Notes under the pieces: model-generated
Told to the model about the DNA's origin: nothing
The model's input: only the letters and a program-made list of their open reading frames with translations
The model's database searches: none
Assembly: GCA_963715865.1 (NCBI GenBank)
Contig: OY970280.1
Span: 1,472,001 to 1,536,000, forward strand
Reading direction: 5' to 3'
DNA: 64,000 nt
Source: Candidatus Bathyarchaeota archaeon
GTDB lineage: Archaea > Thermoproteota > Bathyarchaeia > Bathyarchaeales > Bathycorpusculaceae
Program-made: the position numbers and the translations under genes
Part shown: positions 37,855 to 48,129 of the stretch, one piece after another
Layout of the letters: each line of letters begins with the position of its first letter
Position numbering within the stretch: the stretch's first letter is position 1

Positions 37855-38343
37855 TTATTTTGATTCTTGGAAGAGCTTCTTGATTGCGCTGATTCTTGCT
37901 TTCTGCGCCAGCACATCGCTTGTAACTACTGTTAATGCTTCTTCAGGGCACCATTTGACGCATTGCGGCTCGCCTTTATCTTTGCAAAGGTCGCAAACGT
38001 AAACTACTTTGGTTTCTGGATGCAGCATTATAGCGCCGTAATCGCATGCTTCGATGCACCAGCCACAACCGTTGCATTTGTCTTTGTCAAGAATTATTGT
38101 TCCTGTTTCTTCTGATTGTGTAAGCGCGTCTCGTGGGCAAGCTGCTACGCAGGCTGGGTCTTCGCAGAGTCTGCATGTAACCGCCATGTTGGCTAACTGG
38201 TTAATGCGCACAACGCGGATGCGTGACTTGAGTGGGTTGAAGGCTTTCTCCTTTGTGAATGAGCAAGCGTACTCGCATATTTGGCAGCCGACGCATTTTT
38301 CTGGGTCAGCGGAAACGAATTTTCTTTCGTGAATCTTTACCAT
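37855..38343 (-). CDS. 4Fe-4S dicluster ferredoxin-like subunit associated with AOR
   Basis: CVGCQICEYAC, CRLCEDPAC..ACP, CNGCGWCIEAC, CDLC...C..WCP. Confidence 0.92.
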   Translation of the reverse strand: MVKIHERKFVSADPEKCVGCQICEYACSFTKEKAFNPLKSRIRVVRINQLANMAVTCRLCEDPACVAACPRDALTQSEETGTIILDKDKCNGCGWCIEACDYGAIMLHPETKVVYVCDLCKDKGEPQCVKWCPEEALTVVTSDVLAQKARISAIKKLFQESK

Positions 38344-38347
38344 TTTT

Positions 38348-40204
38348 TTACGCTTCTTTTCCTTCTGTTATGCTTGATAAATCTTCCATGCCGAGCTTGT
38401 TGAGCTGAGATTTTGTAGGTATACCGTCAAGTGTCCATCCGCGTGATTGGTAATAATCATCCAGTAGTAAGTCAAGTTCATCTTGGGTTACCATGGCGCC
38501 TTTTGCTGGACCATCATCAGGGATTGGCTGGTTCATCACTTTCCATGGTAACGTGTCATCTTTGCGGCTTAATCCTTCTCTGAGGTTAATTAGCCGTGCA
38601 AGGGTGTTTATTCGTTCGCCTGCAGCGCTAAGTTCTTCAGGTGTCATCTCGTATCCAGTCACGAGCGTGTAGAGTTTTGCCATGTCAGCTAGTTCCTTGT
38701 ACAGCGTGCCTTTGGCATTCTTGCAGACAATGAGTGAATCAATCAATGCGTAAACATTTTCTGAATCTTTAACCAGTTTACCGCGACCCTTCTCAGCCTT
38801 CAAACGGTCAACTTTACCCGTCATGTCTAATGCATAAGCGCCGCTTCGGTTATGGTCTGCTCCTCGGAAGGAAACAGCAAAGCCTAACGCTGCTGTTTTA
38901 AGGCATCGTAAATCATAGCCTGTGACTTCCAAGCCCTTAATGTTTTGAGCAAGTTTATCGGAGCCTTTGCCGATTTTTTCTGCGGCTACTTTTACGCCGT
39001 CAGCGAGAACATCGCCGATTCCTTCTCGTTTGCCTATTTTCTCTATGAGTTGTATGAGTGCTTCTGCGTTGCCAAAGTGAGCATCAATTCCGCCAAGGTC
39101 CTCGTGTGACAGGATGCCGGTTTCATGGCAGTCCATTACGAAACTTACGGTTACGCCTGTGCTTGTTGCGTCTAATCCGTAATAGTTGCAGAGTTCAGCG
39201 GCTTTTATTATTGCGTCAAGTTTATCTATGCCACAGTTCGGCCCCAACGCCCACAAATTATCATATTCCATTCGTGCCATAGTTCCCTTATAGGGCCCTT
39301 CGCGAACTACAGCTTCGTGTTCGCATCGCATGGCGCATGAGTTACAAGCGATTATTTTTGCAATGTACCGTTCGTTTAATGCTTCTCCGCTTACTTTTTC
39401 AGCGTTCTCAAAATGAGCGTTATTGTAGTTGCGTGTGGGCATGCAGTACAAAGCGTTTTGAATCATGACGTTTTCTGCTGTTCCTAAAGTTCGGTATTTC
39501 TGGGCTGCTGGTCCCTTCATTCTTTCATGGAATTCTTTCACCATTTCCATAAATTCGTCCGGCTTGGCGACGATAATGTCGTGGGTTCCTCGGACAGCGA
39601 TGGCTTTGAGGTTCTTAGAACCCATAACCGCTCCTAAACCTGTTCTTCCAGCAGCACGAGTTTTCTCGTTAATTATGCTGGCTATTTTCGATAATTTTTC
39701 ACCGGCTAAACCGATAGATGCTACACGAACGTAATAATCGCCAACCTCGTCTTTAATCGCATCTTCAGTTTCAGATGGCGATTTGCCCCAAATGCTTGCA
39801 GCATCAAGTAATTGGACTGAATCATCATCAATCCATAAGTAAACAGGCCTTTCCGCTTTCCCAGTTAAAACAACTGCATCATATCCAGCTCTTTTTAATT
39901 CTGCTCCAAAAGTGCCGTGACTTACTGCTTCTCCGACACCGTTGGTGGCTGGTGATTTTGATATGAATGCGTGTCCGTTGCCGCCTGTGGGAAACATTGT
40001 TCCTGAAACTGGACCAAGAGCTAGAACAAGCGGGTTTTCAGGGTCAAATGCGTCGACGCCTGCTTTCGAATTGGCTAGCCAAAGTTTCATGCCTATGCCT
40101 ATGCCGCCAATGTATTTTCTGGCGATTTCTTCGTTTAGTTTTTCTGCACGGGTTTTGCCTGTGGTTAAATCGACGTATAGGATTCTTCCTGCATAACCGA
40201 GCAA
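38348..40204 (-). CDS. aor: Tungsten-dependent aldehyde:ferredoxin oxidoreductase family
   Basis: GYAGRILYVDL, RAAGRTGLGAVMGSKNLKAI, C..C.MRC, EYD, GLDATSTG. Confidence 0.92.
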   Translation of the reverse strand: MLGYAGRILYVDLTTGKTRAEKLNEEIARKYIGGIGIGMKLWLANSKAGVDAFDPENPLVLALGPVSGTMFPTGGNGHAFISKSPATNGVGEAVSHGTFGAELKRAGYDAVVLTGKAERPVYLWIDDDSVQLLDAASIWGKSPSETEDAIKDEVGDYYVRVASIGLAGEKLSKIASIINEKTRAAGRTGLGAVMGSKNLKAIAVRGTHDIIVAKPDEFMEMVKEFHERMKGPAAQKYRTLGTAENVMIQNALYCMPTRNYNNAHFENAEKVSGEALNERYIAKIIACNSCAMRCEHEAVVREGPYKGTMARMEYDNLWALGPNCGIDKLDAIIKAAELCNYYGLDATSTGVTVSFVMDCHETGILSHEDLGGIDAHFGNAEALIQLIEKIGKREGIGDVLADGVKVAAEKIGKGSDKLAQNIKGLEVTGYDLRCLKTAALGFAVSFRGADHNRSGAYALDMTGKVDRLKAEKGRGKLVKDSENVYALIDSLIVCKNAKGTLYKELADMAKLYTLVTGYEMTPEELSAAGERINTLARLINLREGLSRKDDTLPWKVMNQPIPDDGPAKGAMVTQDELDLLLDDYYQSRGWTLDGIPTKSQLNKLGMEDLSSITEGKEA

Positions 40205-40439
40205 ACCTTTTCCTCCATGTGAATTTAAAGTTATTAGTCAGTTGAAAAGTATATTAACTTAATGGGTTCTAACTTGGAAAATTCATGCGCTTAAATGGCG
40301 CTTTTTGCTTGCCGTCATATATGATGAAGCATAACGGTTTTTTGGCCTGTCGCAGGCTAAAACTACAGTCAAGTAAAGAAAAAAGATATGAGACGCTTCA
40401 ATTAATTTCATACACAAGCGCGATAGTAAGGTTTGAAAA

Positions 40440-40727
40440 ATGAGAATTAAAGTTCATTACATAAGTTTGGTCAAAAGCTTTACAAAAACAAGCCAAGATG
40501 AATTCGACCTAAAAGAAGCTGCCCTGCTATCAGATGCGCTGTACAAAGTCGCCGATAAATATGGAAAACCGTTCACCCAAGAAGTTTACGACCCGAATCA
40601 TAAAGAGATGAAATCAACCTTCGTAGCCATGGTGAACGGCGTCTTAATGGACCAATTAAAAGGCATTAATACACCATTAAAAGATGGCGACAGCATAATC
40701 CTCATGTCTCTCATGACAGGCGGATAA
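40440..40727 (+). CDS. moaD: MoaD/ThiS/SAMP ubiquitin-like sulfur carrier
   Basis: Beta-grasp size, VNG, LKDGD and C-terminal GG; divergent from aor. Confidence 0.8.
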   Translation: MRIKVHYISLVKSFTKTSQDEFDLKEAALLSDALYKVADKYGKPFTQEVYDPNHKEMKSTFVAMVNGVLMDQLKGINTPLKDGDSIILMSLMTGG

Positions 40728-40730
40728 AAA

Positions 40731-41360
40731 CTGTCTAAAAATGAAAAACCCAAAACCGTCTACTGGCTAGATAACAAGCTTTACCTAAACATAACCAATC
40801 AATGCTCGAACTGCTGCTTTTTCTGCCTCAAACGCTATAGGCATGGCGTCGGCGGTTTCAACCTTAAACTATCTCAGGAGCCAAACATAGCCCAGATTAC
40901 GAGTGAGCTCGGCGAAGTTTTGAACATGAGAAGTTGGGATGAATTGGTTTTCTGCGGTTTCGGCGAGCCAACGGAGAGGCTTGATGTTTTGTTGGAGGTT
41001 GTGCGGTGGACAAGGCAGCATTACGGTAGACCACTGCAAATCCGCGTGAACACGAACGGGCATGGCTACGTGCTTAATCCAGGCAGGGATGTGGCGGCAG
41101 AGTTGAAGGCGGCTGGCGTTGACAAGGTAAGCGTCAGCTTAAACGCTGGCGATAGTGAAACCTACATGGAGATTTGCAAGCCAACTTTCGCCGGTGCCTA
41201 CGAAGCAGTGATTGATTTCATACAAAAAGCCAAGCCTGTGCTCCAAGTCGAGGTTACGGCGGTAAGAATGCCAGAAGTAGACATAGCGAAGGCGCAGGCT
41301 GTTGTCGACGGGTTAGGTGTTGAGTTTAGGGTTAGAGAGTACATTCCATGCTTCTACTAA
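40731..41360 (+). CDS. Radical SAM protein (TatD-associated type)
   Basis: Open frame from CTG 40731: YLNITNQCSNCCFFC (CxxxCxxC), VFCGFGEPT, RVNTNGHG, SVSLNA; the ORF track starts at 40920 and misses the motif. Confidence 0.85.
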   Translation: MSKNEKPKTVYWLDNKLYLNITNQCSNCCFFCLKRYRHGVGGFNLKLSQEPNIAQITSELGEVLNMRSWDELVFCGFGEPTERLDVLLEVVRWTRQHYGRPLQIRVNTNGHGYVLNPGRDVAAELKAAGVDKVSVSLNAGDSETYMEICKPTFAGAYEAVIDFIQKAKPVLQVEVTAVRMPEVDIAKAQAVVDGLGVEFRVREYIPCFY

Positions 41361-41778
41361 CTACGATGTCACAGGTAAATTGTGGTTTAACGCTTAATTT
41401 ATGATGGAAAGATTGCATGAGCAGCGAAAACGTTTTAAATGGAAACATGTCCAAGCCCTATGCTGGAGATAATAATTTGAAAAAAACTCCGCTCTTCGAG
41501 TTCGAAGTGCCCAGCTACAGAAAACGCCCAGTCGGACTCGCAGCAAATCATAAACAATCAAGGTAAAGAAATACTTGAGGCGCATCAAGCCTAAGTGTTG
41601 CTCAAGTTAGCTGTTTTGCTCAAACTTTTGCGGAAAATTGTTTTTCTTTTCAAGCAAACCAACGTCACAAAGAAAACTGCTATTATTAGCGCTGGTAATG
41701 TCCGCTGGAATGGTAAAACATATATTAATTAGTTGTTAACGAAATACTTCTTAATAGTGCTGAACGAGGAATAAAAAT

Positions 41779-42780
41779 TTGGTTTCTCTAAGAGCATTAG
41801 CCCCATCATTAACAAGAATAACAATTGCTGGAGCCGTAGGTGCTGCTTTGCATGTCGGTCAAGGCGACTGCGACTTAATCGACGCAAACGCCGTTCAATA
41901 TTCAAGAGCAGTCCTTGCCCAAACAGATGTTGAAGGAGAAGTAATCTGCTGCGAAGGACCCAAAGACAATGCACCATCATTTGGATATAGAGAAAAAGTG
42001 GGAACAGGCGGAGGACCCAAAGTAGAGTTCATTATTGACCCGGTTGACGGAACCACAGCTGCCAGCAAAGGCAGAAAAGACGCGATATCTGCATTGGCGT
42101 GTGCACCAGCAGGATGCTTCCAAGTTTTACCCGACGATGGCTACTACTTCAAAATTGCCACAGACTACCATTCCATAGGCAAAATATCCATGGACATGTC
42201 AATTGAAGAAATCGTGCGTACAGTGGCCCGCGAAAAAGGTGTCCCCGTATCCAACTTTACCGTTATCATGCTGGAACGCGATAGACACGCTGAAATGCTG
42301 AAAACTCTCAGAAAACTCGGCGTAAGAATCATACTTATTCCAGACGGCGACATTGCTGGCGCAGTAGTCTCATGCATTCCAGAATCAGGTGTTGACTTGC
42401 TTTTAGGTGCAGGTGCTGGTCCAGAAGCCACCATTGCCGCTACAGCCGTAAAGTGCCTTGGCGGAACAATGCTTGTTAAGGTTTGGCGAGAAAAAGACGA
42501 CTCGGCAAGAATGGAACGCCTAAAAAAAGAAGGAGTAGACATAGACAAAACTTACAGCCAAGATGAACTGGCAAAAGGCAAAGAGCTCGTGTTTGCGGCT
42601 TCAGGCGTTACAAAAGGAGAACTTTTAGATGGCGTACGCTTGATTCCTGAAGGCGCAGTTGTGCATTCTATTTGCATGAGGTTGCCAAGCGGAACGATAG
42701 AGAAGTCGGAAACAACGCTGCGTTTTAAGGGACACCCTGTGTATGAGCAGTTTGCCGTGAAAAAAACTCTTAAAGCATAA
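41779..42780 (+). CDS. glpX: Fructose-1,6-bisphosphatase class II
   Basis: EG.KDNAP, IDPVDGT, RDRH, DGDIAGA, GAGPEA, FAASGVT.G.LLDGV. Confidence 0.88.
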   Translation: MVSLRALAPSLTRITIAGAVGAALHVGQGDCDLIDANAVQYSRAVLAQTDVEGEVICCEGPKDNAPSFGYREKVGTGGGPKVEFIIDPVDGTTAASKGRKDAISALACAPAGCFQVLPDDGYYFKIATDYHSIGKISMDMSIEEIVRTVAREKGVPVSNFTVIMLERDRHAEMLKTLRKLGVRIILIPDGDIAGAVVSCIPESGVDLLLGAGAGPEATIAATAVKCLGGTMLVKVWREKDDSARMERLKKEGVDIDKTYSQDELAKGKELVFAASGVTKGELLDGVRLIPEGAVVHSICMRLPSGTIEKSETTLRFKGHPVYEQFAVKKTLKA

Positions 42781-42851
42781 AATTGCGCTTCTAGTTCCAA
42801 ATTGCTTTTTTCCAAGTTTAGCATTAACATTAAAGTAATTGGTTTTAAAAA

Positions 42852-44808
42852 TTGAACGAAAAAACCTGCATAGAAAAGCCAAAGCAAAAAGAAACAGCAG
42901 AACATGGAAAAAAACGTGTAATGATTTCTTTTGCCGTTTTACTAGGCTTAACTGTTGTTATAGGTGGTCTGCTTGACTTTTTCTTTGCAGGAGTTTCCCT
43001 TGGCTTTATCATACCAATTATAAACGTTAAAGCAACTCTCAGTGCGATTTTGTATTATGTTTCGGTTCTTTTTGCTTCCATGTACATTGGCGTAATGGGT
43101 CTGAGAGAGCTGTTTGTTGAAAGAAGATTTTCAGTTGAATTTTTAATGGCTGCCGCAGCATTAGGAGCCTTGTACCTAAATGCACGATTCGAAGCGGCAA
43201 CTGTACTGTTTCTTTATTCTGTCGCCGAGTATTTTGAAGGCTACATTGAGGATAGAGCGCGCCGAACGGTTGAGAAACTATCAAAGTTCATGCCAGACCA
43301 AGCTAGAATCATAGCGGATGGAAACGAAAAGAACGTTAACGTCAACGAAGTCGAGCCCAACATGACTTTGCTTGTGAGACCAGGCGAACGGATACCTTTA
43401 GATGGCAATGTTGTTGAGGGTTTCTCACATGTTGACCAAGCCGTAGTTACTGGTGAATCTGTGCCTGTGACTAAGAAAGTGAACGATTGCGTTTACGCTG
43501 GCACATTAAACATGAGTGGCCCTCTAAAGATTGCTGTCACAAAAAAGGCCAGTGAAACTCTTGTCTCGAGAATTATGGTGCTTGTGGTTGAATCGGGCAA
43601 ACGAAAAGCATCCATAGAAAAACTTGTTGACCGGTTCGCGAAAGTTTACGTTCCAATAGTTGTTGTATTAGCCGTTTTAACCGCTGCTTTGCCACCGTTG
43701 GTGGCTGGCATGTCTTTTAACGTGTGGTTGTACCGTTCGCTTATTCTTCTTGTGGTTTCTTGCCCAAGCGCCTTCATCATTTCTGTTCCCGCAACAGTCT
43801 TTGTAGCGATAACGATTGCGGCTAGAAGAGGAGTAATAATCAAAGGCGGAATCTACGTTGAAAAATTAGCCAAAGTAAAAAGAGTCGTTTTTGACAAAAC
43901 AGGCACATTAACGCTGGGAAGACCAGCCGTTCATGAAGTACGGCTTGTAGAAAGAACTGAAGCAGGAAGCGTTGGCTTACGCTGCTGCACTCGACCAGTT
44001 TTCAAATCACCCCGTCGCTCAAGCCATTGTTAGACGCGCCACGGAAAGAGGCGTTGACCTAAGCAAGTTCAAGGTAACCGATGTCACGGAGGTTCCTGGG
44101 AAAGGCATTGTTGGCAATGTTGACGGGAATTTTGTGGCGGTTGGCAACTTAGAGTTGATGAAAGAGTTCGGTTGTAACTGCAAGGAAGCCTTTGAAATCA
44201 CTGAAAATGACACCCATACTTCAGTTTGTGTTTCTGTCGGTAAAGAAGGGTTGGCTGCAGTTTGCGTTGTGGATCAAGTTAGGGAAGATGCCCTCAAAGC
44301 AGTGAGCGATTTGAAAAAAAACGGCATAAAAACCGCCATGTTAACTGGCGACAGAGCAGAGATTGCCAAGGAAACAGGGGACATCTTAAAGATTGATGAG
44401 GTATACGCGGAACTGTTTCCTGAGGATAAACTGAAATGTATTGAAGAGATGAAGGGTAAAGACGGACTCGTAGCAATGGTCGGCGACGGCGTGAATGATG
44501 CTCCTGCCCTTGCCGCTTCAGACGTTGGCGTCGCCATGGGCGCAGCTGGAGTTGATGTTGCCCTAGAATCCGCGGATGTGGTGTTGGTAAAAGATGAGTT
44601 GGCGCAAATTCCATACCTGATTAAGCTCAGCGATAAAACAATGGGAATAGCTAAGCAAAATATTGCGGCATCACTTGTCATAAAATTAATTTTAGGAGCT
44701 TTAGGAGTATTTGGCGTGACAGGTTTGCTGGCAACTGTGATTGCCGGTGACGATGGGGTTACAATGCTCCTTTTGCTAAATTCGTTGCGCCTTGAAAGAA
44801 TAAAATAG
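42852..44808 (+). CDS. Heavy-metal P1B-type ATPase (ZntA/CadA-like), split by a one-base insertion at 43960-43961
   Basis: TGES, SCPS, DKTGT in the first frame; HP, TGD, GDGVNDAPAL in the second; removing one A gives RTEQEALAYAA. Confidence 0.88.
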
Positions 44809-44889
44809 TTTGTTTCGCAGAGTTGACCGAAGACTTCCCTTGTTATTTTATGAAAAATTAATTAAGCGAAAATAATAGTCAGATGAGTC

Positions 44890-45387
44890 ATGCCTAAGAC
44901 TTATCCGAAGACGCATCCTAAAAATACCAAGCCGAAGAAGACTCAGCCTAAGGCTCAACCAAAACCAGTAAGCCTAATGACACGCAAATCTTATTGGATA
45001 ACGCTGACGTCAGTCATACTGGTTTTTACTTTTGTTTATGGATATTTAATGAAAATTTCTGTGGAAAAAGAAGCATTGATATTGGGTAGTATTCTTTTGG
45101 TGATATGCTTTGCATTCTATATAGGGTTTAAACCTTCCACTAGTTACAAAAAGAGAGCAACATTCATTTTTGTTGGAGCATCCATCGTTGGCTTCAGCAT
45201 TTGGGCTGTAATGGTGCTTTCCTTTAACGCAACGGGGATTAACTCGCAAATCGCAAGTTCGATAGGTGACGACTCCTTTGCCATAACAAGTCTAATAATC
45301 TGCTTGACTTTAGGAGCATTCATCGGCGACTTGATAGGCAAAAACAGAGAAGCACTACGGCTTTTTGCTGACAAATTCAGAAACTAG
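44890..45387 (+). CDS. Hypothetical membrane protein (about 4 TM)
   Basis: Basic N-terminus followed by four hydrophobic segments. Confidence 0.65.
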   Translation: MPKTYPKTHPKNTKPKKTQPKAQPKPVSLMTRKSYWITLTSVILVFTFVYGYLMKISVEKEALILGSILLVICFAFYIGFKPSTSYKKRATFIFVGASIVGFSIWAVMVLSFNATGINSQIASSIGDDSFAITSLIICLTLGAFIGDLIGKNREALRLFADKFRN

Positions 45388-45512
45388 CTTGCCTTTCTCT
45401 GCGTCTTGAAAGGATAAAATAACTGCTTTTAGGCTATATTCTGCCACAGAAACTTTAAGAGCACAATCAGTTAGCATCTTTTCAAAACACATTAAGCAAG
45501 GACAGACCTGCA

Positions 45513-46391
45513 TTGAAATTTGGAATAATGACGCGGAACATGGAAGCATGGAGCAGCACGCAAGTTCGGGAAGCCCTAACTAAACGAGGCATCCCATACG
45601 AATGCTTCACTTTTCCCAAACTGGTCGCAAGGCTCGCGTACAAACCCTACTTCAAAGTTAACGGCACCAGCATCCTTGACGATTTAGATGCACTTATTAT
45701 CCGTCCAATTGGGCGCGGTTCACTTGAGGAACTGGTTTTCCGAATGGACATGCTCTACAAACTTGAACGCCAAGGCTTCTACATGGTGAATCCGCCAACC
45801 GCAATTGAACACTGTGTCGATAAATATGATATTTTAGCCATCCTTGAGGACGAAGGCGTTCCTGTACCACGTACATTAGCCACTGAAAGCGTAAACGAAG
45901 CGCTAAAGGCTTTTTCTGAACTAGGCGGCGACATCGTGGTTAAACCAATTTTCGGTTCCAGAGGACAAGGCGCAACACGCATAGTTGACGCAGACATCGC
46001 CGACACTGTTTTCAAAGCAATAACCTTCCATCACGGCGTAATCTACATGCAAGAATTCGTACCTCACGGGCACTCTGATATACGTGCATTCATAATAGAT
46101 AGCCGAGTAGTCGCATCCATGCGCCGCGTAGCTGAAGGCTGGAAAACCAATTACAGTCGAGGAGCCAAACCAGCACCAGCAAAAATCAGCAAAGAATTCG
46201 AAGAATTAGCCATAAAATCAGCAAAGGCTGTGGGCTGCAAAATCGCGGGCGTAGACATCCTGGAAGGACCAGAAGGACCACGCATCGTAGACGTAAACAG
46301 TCAGCCTGGATGGAAAGGTTTGCAGGCGGTAACGAAAGTCAACATTGCCGAAGAAATAGTTAACTTTATGTTATCTGAATTGAAAAAGTAA
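45513..46391 (+). CDS. RimK/MptN-like ATP-grasp amino acid ligase
   Basis: VVKPIFGSRGQG, YMQEFV, DIRAF, WKTNYSRG, GVDI, DVNSQPG. Confidence 0.85.
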   Translation: MKFGIMTRNMEAWSSTQVREALTKRGIPYECFTFPKLVARLAYKPYFKVNGTSILDDLDALIIRPIGRGSLEELVFRMDMLYKLERQGFYMVNPPTAIEHCVDKYDILAILEDEGVPVPRTLATESVNEALKAFSELGGDIVVKPIFGSRGQGATRIVDADIADTVFKAITFHHGVIYMQEFVPHGHSDIRAFIIDSRVVASMRRVAEGWKTNYSRGAKPAPAKISKEFEELAIKSAKAVGCKIAGVDILEGPEGPRIVDVNSQPGWKGLQAVTKVNIAEEIVNFMLSELKK

Positions 46392-46393
46392 AC

Positions 46394-47393
46394 CTATTTT
46401 CCAGAAAGAATCAATGTGTAAGGGTCGTCGGCAACCTGTGGAAAAGGCGCTTCTTTTCCCGTTTTAATTAGAACGCGTTCTTTATTTTCCGTGAATTCAC
46501 CCAAAAAGCAGGCCGAAAGTCCGTTCTTGCTCAATGTGGCTTTGACTTTTTCTTGAGCTTGAGCATCAACCGCCGCCAAGATTGTGCCTGTTGAAGACAT
46601 CGCCAACACCTGATTATCATTAAACTTAAAGTAATCTTGCAAAGCTAACATTTCCTTGCAAACCGGTATTTTTTCCCAATTCACCCTAAAGCCCACTTTT
46701 GATGCTTCAGCCAACTCGTTTAGCGCTGCTACGAATCCTCCTTCTGTAGCATCATGCATGGCATGGACACCGCTTATTTCAGCCAGTTGCAAGGCTTCCT
46801 TTACGCAACTTTGCATGCGAACCTGATTAGAAAGTTTTTCTTGCTGCTCAGCTCCGAAGAGTTTTTGCGCTAGCGCCTTGTGAGTTAACGAGAAATTTGT
46901 GATTGTTTCTAAACCAAGCGGCTTAGTGCATAATATTAGGTCTCCTGGCTTAGCGTTTCCGGGCGTAATCAACTTTTCTGGTTGTACCGATTCCATAAAC
47001 AGTTGCGACGCCAAGCAAATCTGAAAGGCTATCATACATGCCTGTGTGTCCTCGAACGATAGCTATGTCCAATTCGTCTGCTGCCTCGCATGTTTGCTTC
47101 ATTATTTTTTGGAAAGTTGCTGGTTTAGTTGATTTTGGTCCCAAGAGGTTAATGGTGCAGAATTCTGGTTTGGCTCCGGATAGCGCAACGTCTGAAGCTG
47201 CGTAATTGATTAGTAGCCAACCGAACCATTCTTCTGGGACGCCAGTGCATGGGTCAGTCGCTACTACTACGTACTTGCCATCTAAGAGGTGAACGCCTGA
47301 ATCGTAGCCAACCATGGGCGGAATAATAACTCGCGAATCCTTCTTTATGCAGCTTAAGAGCGTCTTCAGTTCTTTGTTAGGTAGTTTTCCCAT
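46394..47393 (-). CDS. PurM-like/AIR synthase-related protein (HypE/ThiL superfamily), split by a one-base insertion near 46987
   Basis: MGKLP, GYDSGV, ATDP, NYAASDVA, VRGHT; second frame LCTKPLGLE, HAMHDATEGG; frames join as GIVQPEKLITP after deleting one base. Confidence 0.8.
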
Positions 47394-47406
47394 GTTTCCG
47401 TAAACC

Positions 47407-47964
47407 TTACATGTAAATGTTTAGTGTCTTGCTTTTTTGCAGTAGGAAAATTGCAAATGCACAGATTATAATGCTTGGCACCATGTAGATTGCGTTATAT
47501 GATGCGGAGTAAACGACTGGGCTCATACCTGCTGGTGCGTACTGGGGAAAATAGATGACACCTGAAACGAAGTGAGATATGAAACGGCCTGTCCCACCAA
47601 CAACGACGCCGACAACCGGGCCAACAACTTTAAGTTTTCGGAAGAACCCGGCAAGTCCAAGGCAAGCGAACGCCAATGGATAATCAAGGATAAATTGAGC
47701 AGGATTAACAACGAAAGGCTCAATCGCAAGGTCAACCACGCCAAGCACGGCGCCTGCAAATATGCCTATTTTTGGTCCTCTTCTAAGCGCCAGCCAAAAG
47801 ATAGGCACCATCCCAAGGTTAATTGAGCCCCCTTGAGGCAGGCTGAAGAAGGAGTGGCTAACCAGAGCTAATGCTCCTGCCATTGCAACAAATACAATTA
47901 TTTCTGCAAGTATCTTGGTTGAGAAAATATTATTATTTTTAGTCGGTTCAGTTTGATGTTTCAC
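47407..47964 (-). CDS. thiT: ECF transporter S-component for thiamine
   Basis: PQGGSINLGMVP, QFILDY, HFVSGVIYF..YAP.G...YS..YN; TPP riboswitch directly upstream. Confidence 0.9.
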   Translation of the reverse strand: MKHQTEPTKNNNIFSTKILAEIIVFVAMAGALALVSHSFFSLPQGGSINLGMVPIFWLALRRGPKIGIFAGAVLGVVDLAIEPFVVNPAQFILDYPLAFACLGLAGFFRKLKVVGPVVGVVVGGTGRFISHFVSGVIYFPQYAPAGMSPVVYSASYNAIYMVPSIIICAFAIFLLQKSKTLNIYM

Positions 47965-47970
47965 TTTTTT

Positions 47971-48061
47971 TCCCTCCGCCAGTATTATCTGGTTCAGGTT
48001 CTAAGGGTCGACAGCACATTAGCCGTCCTCTCAGCCGGGTCATTTTCCCAGCTCCCCGAGA
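47971..48061 (-). ncRNA. TPP riboswitch
   Basis: Minus strand reads TCTCGGGGAGC...GGCTGAGAGG...GACCCTTAGAACCTGAACCAGATAATACTGGCGGAGGGA, carrying the CUGAGA, ACCUGA, AUAAU and 3' GGGA hallmarks. Confidence 0.92.
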
Positions 48062-48129
48062 CCTTATTGATGGGATAATGTTTTTAGGTTATATTTTAGT
48101 TTTCCTACCGTCAACAATAACGAGTAGGA

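Noticed and set aside
41417-41566. 49-aa ORF between the radical SAM gene and glpX
   Set aside because: No motif, RBS or other support
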